64,000 bases of DNA from Candidatus Latescibacterota bacterium (GTDB lineage: Bacteria > Latescibacterota > UBA2968 > UBA8231): positions 1,120,001 to 1,184,000 of the forward strand of contig CBDCXV010000010.1 in NCBI GenBank assembly GCA_965223905.1. Direction: 5' to 3'. How positions within the stretch are numbered: position 1 is the first letter of the stretch; the number at the start of each line of letters is the position of its first letter. Below, one piece after another: positions 19,013 to 26,985 of this stretch. The notes under the pieces are model-generated. The model worked only from the letters and a program-made list of their open reading frames with translations. It was not told the origin of the DNA and did not search any database. The position numbers and the translations under genes were made by a program.

Positions 19013-21094
19013 ATGAGTGCCGCTCTGCGTTGCTCCCTCCTGTTTCTGCTCCTCTTTTCCCTCGTCCCGCGATCCGGTCTTGCGCTCGAGACCTTCACGA
19101 CCGGCGAGAGCGGACAGTTCGACTGGCACGGTGAAGGAATTGCGCCGGTCGACGTCATCGATGCGCTGCATCGCGATGTCCTCAATCGGCGCACGAGGGA
19201 TCGCGACAGCCTCGTGGTGGGCAATGCGCCCGGGAACCTGATCGCATTCGACCCGGCGAATTTCCCGGATGCCGTCCACATTCTGCGCCTCGGAGATGAT
19301 GAGAACATCGCCCTCGGCACCATTGAGCGAGGCGGCAGTATCCGGTCACCCAATGTCTCCTTTCTCAAGCCCGGTACGCTCGAGGAGCTCCTTTCGGACG
19401 AGCCGGAGGGGGTGTTGAAGGCCTTCGAACGCAAGAGTCCCGATAACCCTCTGGGCGTTGTCATCTTTCTCGACCTCGGGGCGCGCATAGGCGTCGAGAA
19501 AATCCGCTTCTATCCGCGCAACACCATCCACTCATCTCCAACCACCCCCTTCGAGAACGACTTCCTGAGGGCTTTCGACCTGTCCATCAACGACGGGATT
19601 ACCCTGACGGAAAGCGGGAGTCCGATTTGGGGTGTGCCGGTGGTGTCCGAAAAAGACAACCAGAATACCGTGGCGGTGGTAGAGTTGGAGCCACCAAGGG
19701 TGATCCGGCACATACGCCTCGGCGCGCGCTCGGTCGTTGACTTCGAGATCGACGAGATCGAAGTAATCGGCAAGGGCTTCCTGCCTTCTGCTAGCTACAT
19801 CTCCGATATTTTCGATGCCGGACAACCCGCTTTGTGGGGAAACCTGCGCTGGACTGAAACCGTGATCGGCGATCCCAGGCTCTCCCGGATGGCAATTCGG
19901 ACGCGTACCGGCAGCGATTCTTCCTACTTCGTCTACAACCGCAAGCGGGTCGGCGATCCACTGGCTCCAGAGATCGCCACCTCCGTGCAGGACCCGACGC
20001 GTGAAATGGATCTGGCCGAGTACATGGGCCATTGGCCGCAGCGCGATAGCAGAAACCGCGACTGGACAGCCGGCTCTGTGACAGACGATCAGGTCAACTG
20101 GAGTGGGTTCAGCGCCCCTTTCCCGGAGCATGCGGCCAACGGGCCCGGGCTGCCCGTGCGCTCTCCCAGTCCCCGCCGATACTTCCAGTTTCAGGTGGAC
20201 TTTCTCAGCAGCGATCTGGAGGCCGCCCGCGTTCTGCGGTCTGTCTCCCTCGATATGCTGAGGCAGGCCATGGCCGATTCCCTCATCGCCGAGATCCACC
20301 CGCGAGAGGTCGAGGTGTCCGAGGTTGTTTCCTTCACCTACGCTGTGCGCACGTGCATGCAGACCGACGGCGGCCTCGGTTTCGACATCATCGAGGTCCG
20401 CACACCCGCCCGAGTGCACAGCATCGATGCGGTGAGCATATCAGATTCGAACGGAGAGCTTGTAGCGGCCCGTGCATTCGCCGGTGTCGACGATCCCTCC
20501 ACGACTGCCGGAATTGCCATCCTCTCGGTGGCTGAGGACCGCTTCATTCTCAGCCTTCCCCCGCTCCGCGAAGACGACACGCTCATACAGATTCGATTCA
20601 GCACCGAGGTCCTGAGCTACAGCACGACCTTTGCCGGATTGGTCAGACTCACCGGCGAGCCGGAAATCGCGCAGACGGTCACCTCGGGGGATGCGACATT
20701 TCTTGGCGAGGATGATGATCCCGACTTTTCAGGCACGACGGTTCTCAGTCCTCTTGTACTTGGGGGGGGCCAATTGCTCGACAATGTGGAGCTGGCGCCC
20801 AATCCGTTCACACCGAATGGGGACGGTGTCAACGACCAGCTTTCCGTCCGCTACAGCCTGCTTTCTCTTGCAGCCGGCCGCCCCGTCGGTATCAGTGTCC
20901 ACGACCTGAGCGGCCGTCTCGTACGGGTCATTCACGACAGCCCCGAGCGCAGCGGCCGTTACCGCGACAAGACCTGGGATGGACGGGATGCCCGGGGTCA
21001 ACTGGTGGCGTCGGGACTGTACATCGTGCGAATCTCGGTGGCAGGAGACGCTCTCGAAGAGGAACAGGCCCGGGTAGCAGCAATCGCGTATTGA
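19013..21094 (+). CDS. Secreted protein with discoidin-like domain and C-terminal CHU_C/FlgD-Ig hybrid domain (paralogue 3)
   Basis: Signal peptide; LDLG..IGVEKIRFYPR, EIDEIEVIGKG, RTRTG, WSGFSAP, SPSPRRYFQF; PNPFTPNGDGVND...VHDLSG...WDGRD..G..VASGLY...AAIAY. Confidence 0.8.
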   Translation: MSAALRCSLLFLLLFSLVPRSGLALETFTTGESGQFDWHGEGIAPVDVIDALHRDVLNRRTRDRDSLVVGNAPGNLIAFDPANFPDAVHILRLGDDENIALGTIERGGSIRSPNVSFLKPGTLEELLSDEPEGVLKAFERKSPDNPLGVVIFLDLGARIGVEKIRFYPRNTIHSSPTTPFENDFLRAFDLSINDGITLTESGSPIWGVPVVSEKDNQNTVAVVELEPPRVIRHIRLGARSVVDFEIDEIEVIGKGFLPSASYISDIFDAGQPALWGNLRWTETVIGDPRLSRMAIRTRTGSDSSYFVYNRKRVGDPLAPEIATSVQDPTREMDLAEYMGHWPQRDSRNRDWTAGSVTDDQVNWSGFSAPFPEHAANGPGLPVRSPSPRRYFQFQVDFLSSDLEAARVLRSVSLDMLRQAMADSLIAEIHPREVEVSEVVSFTYAVRTCMQTDGGLGFDIIEVRTPARVHSIDAVSISDSNGELVAARAFAGVDDPSTTAGIAILSVAEDRFILSLPPLREDDTLIQIRFSTEVLSYSTTFAGLVRLTGEPEIAQTVTSGDATFLGEDDDPDFSGTTVLSPLVLGGGQLLDNVELAPNPFTPNGDGVNDQLSVRYSLLSLAAGRPVGISVHDLSGRLVRVIHDSPERSGRYRDKTWDGRDARGQLVASGLYIVRISVAGDALEEEQARVAAIAY

Positions 21095-21107
21095 AGGTGA
21101 TTCCCGA

Positions 21108-22025
21108 TCACGGCTGGATCGCGTAATCCTCGTTCCCAAACTCCTCGACCAACTCCGATACCTGACGATCCCCGGGTCCGCGGCCTGGATGGATGATGAG
21201 GCGATAGCGGAACACAACGCTGTCTTCGGCTGAAATCGTCATGCTCGCGTCGAGGTTGTCATCGGCCTCGAAGCGGGAGACGCCGAAGGGATTCGCCGTG
21301 AACAGACCGTAGCCGCGGACCATCCAGTAAGTGGGGTAGCGGGGGTTTTTCGGATGGTCGACCATGGTATGGCCCCACTCCTCCCCGTTCGCCAAGGGGC
21401 CGGAGTAATCGCACCAGGCAGCGCGCTTTCCCCAGGTCACCTCCTCGCCGTGGCCGCTGTCGAAGACCCCGCCCTCCGAGTTCTCGATGCGGCCATCGCC
21501 GGTGGCGTCCATCGAAGTCGCCACTCGCAGGGACAGCAGCCCTGCGTCCTTGGTATCGCCCAGGGTCACGTCACCGTATCTCGCCCTGAGCTCGTTCCGC
21601 TGGTCCATCACTCGCAGATCGCCGACCGCGCGTATGTGTATGGTGCGTCGTTCCTTCAGGAGGCGCTGTCCCTCGGGGCCGAACCAGTCCACGATCCCGT
21701 CGATGGTGGCGGCGTCTCCGGCGAGTCCGACAACCGGTTCGCCCCGCTGCAGCATGGCGCCGTGGCCGTGACCTTCTGCCCATAGGTTGAATCCATTGAC
21801 CATCTCGTGGGCCGTGTAGATGCTCCGGTGATGAAAGTGGTCATCGGTTTCCCCTTCGTTTTCCTCTGTCGGGTACCCGCGCGTCAGGCGTTGGCCGCCC
21901 GGGGTCAGTACGGGGTAGAAGTAGGGCCTGCACACGAAGTGGCCATAGCGGTATTCCGTAAACAGCCGTCCGTCGACGGTGACGACGGCCTTGAAGTCCT
22001 GCGATTGAAGCTGGACATCGATCAT
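21108..22025 (-). CDS. DUF6807 / 'PmoA-family' beta-sandwich protein (not a methane monooxygenase)
   Basis: RPYFYPV.TP.G..LTR.YP, DHFHHRS, AAWCDYSG, DHPKNPRYPTYW.VRGYGLF.ANPFG, FRYRLIIH. Confidence 0.75.
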   Translation of the reverse strand: MIDVQLQSQDFKAVVTVDGRLFTEYRYGHFVCRPYFYPVLTPGGQRLTRGYPTEENEGETDDHFHHRSIYTAHEMVNGFNLWAEGHGHGAMLQRGEPVVGLAGDAATIDGIVDWFGPEGQRLLKERRTIHIRAVGDLRVMDQRNELRARYGDVTLGDTKDAGLLSLRVATSMDATGDGRIENSEGGVFDSGHGEEVTWGKRAAWCDYSGPLANGEEWGHTMVDHPKNPRYPTYWMVRGYGLFTANPFGVSRFEADDNLDASMTISAEDSVVFRYRLIIHPGRGPGDRQVSELVEEFGNEDYAIQP

Positions 22026-22270
22026 CGTGGATCCTTCCAGGTTAAGATCTCCTCAAGTTTAGAAAAAACAACTTATTACGTCAAATTAATGAAGGGGATC
22101 CGGGGGCAAAAAACTGCTTGTGCCTGCGCTTGCCAGACCATATCTTATTTTGTGCATTAGACCTATACTAACGCGGATCGATGAAAAATTCTAAAAAAAG
22201 AGCAGGCGAAAAAGGAGTGGAAAAGAAGGGTCACTCGCAAAGGGACTTTGCAGTCCCAGGAGGGCGTTTG

Positions 22271-23218
22271 ATGAGACGAGTCATTTTGCTGGGAATGGCC
22301 GCGCTTCTCGTGGTTGGTCTGGCGGGAATGGCGGCAGCCCACAAGCCACCGGGAGAAACCCGCTTCGCTTTCCAGTGGCCGGATGGGGCTATTCCCCAGA
22401 TGGATGGGGACCTCTCGGAATGGGATGTCGTGCCACCACAGTATGAGATCACCAACCCGGATCTCTTCCAGGTGCACGCTTTTGGAAAGCTGGGTTTGGA
22501 TACGCCACGGGGTGGAGTCGACGCAGCAGATATGTTCATACGCCATCGCATAGGGTGGAATGACAACACCAACCGGCTCTATTTCGCGACTTCGGTGTTT
22601 GACGACGAACACGATCGGAACCACACGGACAATTGCCTCTGGGACGATGACGACTGGGAAGTCCGTGTGGCTCCTAACATTCCGCAGGAGGAGCAAAATT
22701 CAGGTAATACTGAAGGGGCTATCATAAATTCCCCGATATTCCTCATCGCAGTTCCGCCTTTCGAGGGTGCTCCGATAGGCATTACCGGGTACCTCGATTA
22801 TCAGCCCTGGCAAGCCGCTGCAGACTTCCTGGCGGAGGGGAACACGGAGATTTGGGAGTTCGGCTGGGATTTCGAAGGTGAACCGCTCGGCGAGTCGACC
22901 TACTTCTACGAGCTGTCCTATCGTTGGATCGAAGCCGCACCCCCAGGAGATGTGCCCAGTTTCGACGACCTGACCCTCGTGGATCTCGAAGAGGGGGACA
23001 TCCTCCACATAAACATCATGAACGTTGACCAAGACCCAACTCTTGCAGAGGCTGGCCTAAAAGACAATGGTACATCGAAGTACAGTGGTGCCTGGTCGAT
23101 TTCTCCCGGACCGGACAACTGGCCGGAAGTCGACTTCGTGATGGCGGAGTTGGAGAATGTTGACTTTAGGACGGCGATCGAAGACAAGACCTGGGGGGCT
23201 ATCAAGGCCGGCATGTGA
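22271..23218 (+). CDS. Secreted DOMON/CBM9-like protein with C-terminal TWGxIK motif
   Basis: ATG 22271 after GGAGG; signal peptide MRRVILLG...AAAH; PQMDGDLSEWD, IGWND..NRLYF..SVFDD; ends TAIEDKTWGAIKAGM. Confidence 0.7.
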   Translation: MRRVILLGMAALLVVGLAGMAAAHKPPGETRFAFQWPDGAIPQMDGDLSEWDVVPPQYEITNPDLFQVHAFGKLGLDTPRGGVDAADMFIRHRIGWNDNTNRLYFATSVFDDEHDRNHTDNCLWDDDDWEVRVAPNIPQEEQNSGNTEGAIINSPIFLIAVPPFEGAPIGITGYLDYQPWQAAADFLAEGNTEIWEFGWDFEGEPLGESTYFYELSYRWIEAAPPGDVPSFDDLTLVDLEEGDILHINIMNVDQDPTLAEAGLKDNGTSKYSGAWSISPGPDNWPEVDFVMAELENVDFRTAIEDKTWGAIKAGM

Positions 23219-23259
23219 ACCAATAAAATCGGCTGTTTTTCGCCGACATTGCTCAACCG

Positions 23260-23304
23260 ACCCCTGTTTCGTTCCCGAAGGCGGAAGCGGAACAGGGGTT
23301 TTTT
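23260..23304 (+). terminator. Intrinsic terminator after the 22271 gene
   Basis: ACCCCTGTT...AACAGGGGT stem followed by a T run. Confidence 0.75.
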
Positions 23305-23340
23305 GTCGATGCGCGACTGCTTTTGTCGATCCGCGACTGA
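23301..23340. repeat. 20-bp tandem duplication
   Basis: TTTTGTCGATGCGCGACTGC / TTTTGTCGATCCGCGACTGA, 18 of 20 identical. Confidence 0.7.
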
Positions 23341-23380
23341 CGCTCGACGCTCGGCAATTACTGAGTCTGCTTTTATTTCC

Positions 23381-23880
23381 GGCTCGTCAGTAGCGTGGGG
23401 TGAATTGGGGTACGGGTAAATCGCCAAGCTGATGGAATGAAGCGATTTGGAGTGCCTTGAAGGTGCGGAATCCGAATGCTTTTCTCACCGTCAGATTCCA
23501 TTTCAGGTTCAAGCCCTCGACAATGCCGTTGTTGAACTGCTTCTTGGCCCTGAACCAATTGAGGATGAACTCTTGATGACGCCGCAGCATCTTGGCGATG
23601 TCTTTCATTGGGTTCGATGTTGCTTCTCATCGTACGGAAACACCAGCGCTGGAGAAACTTCCCTGCCCCCAGCGGTAGAGGTCGGTCAGGTGGTGCTTGC
23701 CCGTGCTCCAGGGGACCTTCTCGACGACCACCCGGCCGCAGGCTTTGCAGGCAACCCGGCGCATGCCATACACCAGAAAGACCGGGAACCCCCAGAGGGG
23801 AACAAACTCGAACAGCCGTGCCTCGGTGGCCGTGTCATAGGTGGGGGACAAGTGACCGCAGCCGCTGCACGCGCCCCTGG
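23381..23880 (-). mobile_element. ISL3-family insertion sequence remnant (internally deleted transposase)
   Basis: N-terminal zinc-finger piece CSGCG..YD...FEFVPLWG...RRVACKACG.VVEKVPW joined to the C-terminal piece NGIVEGLN.K......AFGFRTF...LGDLP.PQFT. GGCTC-type terminal IR starts at 23381. Confidence 0.8.
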
Positions 23881-23892
23881 AATTTTTCCAAT

Positions 23893-23929
23893 GAAAGCGG
23901 CCTCGGAGGAGGCATTCGGGGCCGCTTTC
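23893..23929 (-). terminator. Hairpin immediately downstream of lptG
   Basis: GAAAGCGGCCTCGGA...TTCGGGGCCGCTTTC inverted repeat 4 nt from the lptG stop. Confidence 0.65.
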
Positions 23930-23933
23930 CGTT

Positions 23934-25001
23934 TTACGAGTGTGCCTTCTTGAACAGCATCAGGCCCAGAAGGCCGAAAACGAGATTGGCCGCCCAGGCC
24001 CCCTGCCATGGGGGGATGATCTCGTTCCAGCCGAGCGCCTGTCCCGCCTTGACGCAGGTGTAGAGCAGGAAGCAGATCAGCACGCCGAGCCCGAAGCTGG
24101 CGGCGCGTCCCGAGCGACGGGTGTTGGCGGCCAGCGGCGCCGCGACCAGGACGATGGCGAAGGATGCGAGGGGAAAGGCGATTTTCAGGTGCAGGTCGAC
24201 GAGGTGGCGGGTGGCGTCCTCGCCGTTGGCGCGGGCGCGGTCCACGTAGGATCGCAGCTCACCGAAGTTCATCTCTTCCGGCTTCTTCCGCTGCCGCGAG
24301 AAATCGCCGGGCTCGAGGGTCAGGGTCGTAAGGGTCAGGGTGTCGAAGGAACTTGCCTCGAAGCGATCCCCGGCCAACCCGTAGCGGGTTCCATCGATCA
24401 GCACCCAGCGCCCCTCCTTCCATTCCAGCCGCTCGGCCGCGGCGCGCTCCCCGGTAAGCTCCCCGGGACGGCTCTCCCAAAGCACCTGCTGGGCCCTCTG
24501 CCGGGTGTGGTCGTAGGAGCGCGCGAACACCAGCTGTCCGCCGACGTCCTGAAGCAGCACCAGCCGCCGCGATCCGTCGCTACGGCTGTACGAGCGGATG
24601 TCGTCCCTGGTCGTGTTGTAGCGGAACGTTGCCGGAGGAACGACGTACTCCGTGAACAGCATGGTGCCGCCGCTGAACAGCAGGGCGCAGGCAAGCACCG
24701 GAACAAGGAGGCGGCGGAGACTGACCCCGGCCGCCTTCATCGCCGCGATCTCGCCCCGGTGCGCGAACCCGGTGAGGGCGAACAGGGTGGCGAGCATCGC
24801 CGCGGCCGGCAGGATCAGCACGATCCAGTAGGGGCTCCGGAAGAGGTAGTATCTCAGAATCTGGCCGGGCTGCGCGGCGTGGTCGAGGAAGGTGTCGATG
24901 CTCTCGATCAGGTCGACGATGGCGGCGATCAGCCACAGGGCCACGACGCTGATGGCGAGCCAGAGGGCGAACCGCCGCAGGAGGTAGAGATCGAGGATCA
25001 T
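23934..25001 (-). CDS. lptG: LPS export ABC permease LptG
   Basis: MILDLYLLRRF start overlaps the lptF stop (ATGA); GEIAAMKAAGVS; PEEMNFGEL; H.KIAFPLAS; P..GAW.AN. Confidence 0.88.
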   Translation of the reverse strand: MILDLYLLRRFALWLAISVVALWLIAAIVDLIESIDTFLDHAAQPGQILRYYLFRSPYWIVLILPAAAMLATLFALTGFAHRGEIAAMKAAGVSLRRLLVPVLACALLFSGGTMLFTEYVVPPATFRYNTTRDDIRSYSRSDGSRRLVLLQDVGGQLVFARSYDHTRQRAQQVLWESRPGELTGERAAAERLEWKEGRWVLIDGTRYGLAGDRFEASSFDTLTLTTLTLEPGDFSRQRKKPEEMNFGELRSYVDRARANGEDATRHLVDLHLKIAFPLASFAIVLVAAPLAANTRRSGRAASFGLGVLICFLLYTCVKAGQALGWNEIIPPWQGAWAANLVFGLLGLMLFKKAHS

Positions 25002-26446
25002 CGCACGCGGGCTCCCGGGCGGTAGTAGGCGAGGGCAGTCAGCAGCCGTTGGCCGAAGCGGCCCCCGGTCGGCTGGTCGAGGGCGACCACCCGCAGCAAC
25101 AGGATGCCGAGGCCGCCGAAGCAGAGATTGGGAGCCCACATCGCCAGGGCGGGGGGAAGGTACCCGCGGTCTGCCAGGCCCTCGCCGCCGATCAGGAACA
25201 TCCAGTACACAAAGAAGAAGACCAGGCTGAGGACGACGGCTGTCGCCGCCCCCCGCGTGCGCACCAGGGCGCCCGCCGGGGCCCCTACGAGTACGAAAAC
25301 GATGCATGCCGCGGCGATCGAGAATTTCTTGTGAATCTCCACGAGATAGGCGTTTGCGCGGCGCTCGCGGTTCTGGTTGAGGCGCCTCTGCCTGTGAAGC
25401 TGTTTGGCGATTTTCTCCGCCCTCGCCGGGAGCGACGGTTCGGACAGCCCTTCTCCGGTCTCATCCCCGGCAGTCGTTCCGTAGCTGGCCGCCACCGTGT
25501 CGAGGAAGGCGTGCACGGCAGAATCCATCGCCGCGGCTTCCCGGTCCTGCTCGACGCGATAGTCCGCCACCGCGGTCATCATGGCGCCGATATCCATCTC
25601 GCGGTCGCTGCGGTAGGAGGAGGAAGAAGAAGGGTATTTCCGCGAGGCGCGGTCGCGGTCCGTTATGTGAATCACCTGGCGCTCGAAGCGTCCCTCGACG
25701 AACTGAAGGGGATCGTCCGCGTCGATGCGGTGGAATTCGCCGTCGAACAGGGTCAAACGCATGTACTCACCGTCGTCGAAGATCCGCACCTCTGCCGAGT
25801 CAGCGTGCAGGGTCTGCGGCGGGCCGCTGCGGCCGCCGTCGACGAGGGTCAACCCGTAGAGCCTGTTTGCCTCCTCGTCGACGCGCCGGATCAGCAGGCT
25901 GTAGCCGCCCAGATCGCGGATGAAGAGGCCTTCCTTCTGCTTGAGAACGAGGGCGGCCTTGCGCCGCTTCAGGTCGGCCTGGATGCTGCGGGCCTTGTGG
26001 TTCCAGTCGGGGAGCACGCGATCGTTGAAAAGGACCATCAGCGCGGTCAGAGCCGCGGCGGCCACAAGGACCGGTTTCATCAACTGAACCAAGCTGATGC
26101 CGCTCGATTTCAGGGCGAGGATCTCGCTGTCGGCCGAGAGCCGGCCGAACGCCATCAACACCGCAACGAGCACGGCCATCGGCACGGCGAGGGCGACTAT
26201 CCAGCCGAGGTTGTAGAAGAAAAGCTGTCCCGCAGCGATGAACGAAAGCCCCCTGCTCAACACCCGGTCCATCATCTGCAGCGCCACGTCGATGACCAGC
26301 ACGAAAACGATCAGGGAACAGCCGAACAGAAACGGGCCCAGATGTTGTGAGAGGACGTAGCGTGAAAGTGGATTCAAGGGAACCGCCCGGCTTTCGGTGC
26401 GTGTTTCTTTAGGGACACTCCCGTGTAGGAGCGGAAACGTAGCCAT
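24998..26446 (-). CDS. lptF: LPS export ABC permease LptF
   Basis: LSRYVL; ALAVPMAVLVAVLMAFGRLSADSEILALKSSGIS; VEIHKKFSI; AMWAPN. Start uncertain (ATG 26446 or TTG 26377). Confidence 0.88.
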   Translation of the reverse strand: MATFPLLHGSVPKETRTESRAVPLNPLSRYVLSQHLGPFLFGCSLIVFVLVIDVALQMMDRVLSRGLSFIAAGQLFFYNLGWIVALAVPMAVLVAVLMAFGRLSADSEILALKSSGISLVQLMKPVLVAAAALTALMVLFNDRVLPDWNHKARSIQADLKRRKAALVLKQKEGLFIRDLGGYSLLIRRVDEEANRLYGLTLVDGGRSGPPQTLHADSAEVRIFDDGEYMRLTLFDGEFHRIDADDPLQFVEGRFERQVIHITDRDRASRKYPSSSSSYRSDREMDIGAMMTAVADYRVEQDREAAAMDSAVHAFLDTVAASYGTTAGDETGEGLSEPSLPARAEKIAKQLHRQRRLNQNRERRANAYLVEIHKKFSIAAACIVFVLVGAPAGALVRTRGAATAVVLSLVFFFVYWMFLIGGEGLADRGYLPPALAMWAPNLCFGGLGILLLRVVALDQPTGGRFGQRLLTALAYYRPGARVR

Positions 26447-26985
26447 CTCGGGACGAGGAGGGCAGCATACGCTCGGCCAAGCCCGGGAAGGGACGTTCCG
26501 ACCCACGGAAGAAACGGCGCGGAGGGCTCGGAATAGACCGGAGGCCGGCCCGCCAAGCCGCAGAGACCGACCTTGGCAGAGATAGTCTCCGCTGCCGCAG
26601 AAGGTGGCCCCGCTTGATGTAATCTAAGCCTTTATGCTATGTTTATTAAAGATTTAACTCACCCCACGGATCCGCGTGGAAAGGCCCCTCTTGACGGTTT
26701 CCCCAACTGATCCCGCCCATCTCCGGAGTCCGCTTATCGCTCCATAGCGAACGTGTGTAGGACCCTGCTCGGCGGCGTCGGCGCCCGCTGAAGCGGAGGA
26801 AATGCTCCAGGACTCCAGTAGCGTGTCCTGCGATCCGTTCGGCCTGCGTCAGGCCCTTGCGGGCTCACCCGTATGCGGGCGGATTCCCCGGACATGCCCC
26901 AAGCCATCACCGGTTTGCGAAGGACCATGCACGACACTCGCGGTACGATCCTTGCTGTACATCCGTGCCGTGAACGGAATTCGTC

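Noticed and set aside
21108-22025. Methane oxidation implied by the 'PmoA family' label
   Set aside because: The protein is soluble with no TM helices and there is no pmoB/pmoC; the label is a naming artefact.
26618-26660. AT-rich patch between lptF and sprA as a dif/Xer or att site
   Set aside because: No convincing 11-6-11 XerC/D match; more likely part of the divergent promoter region.
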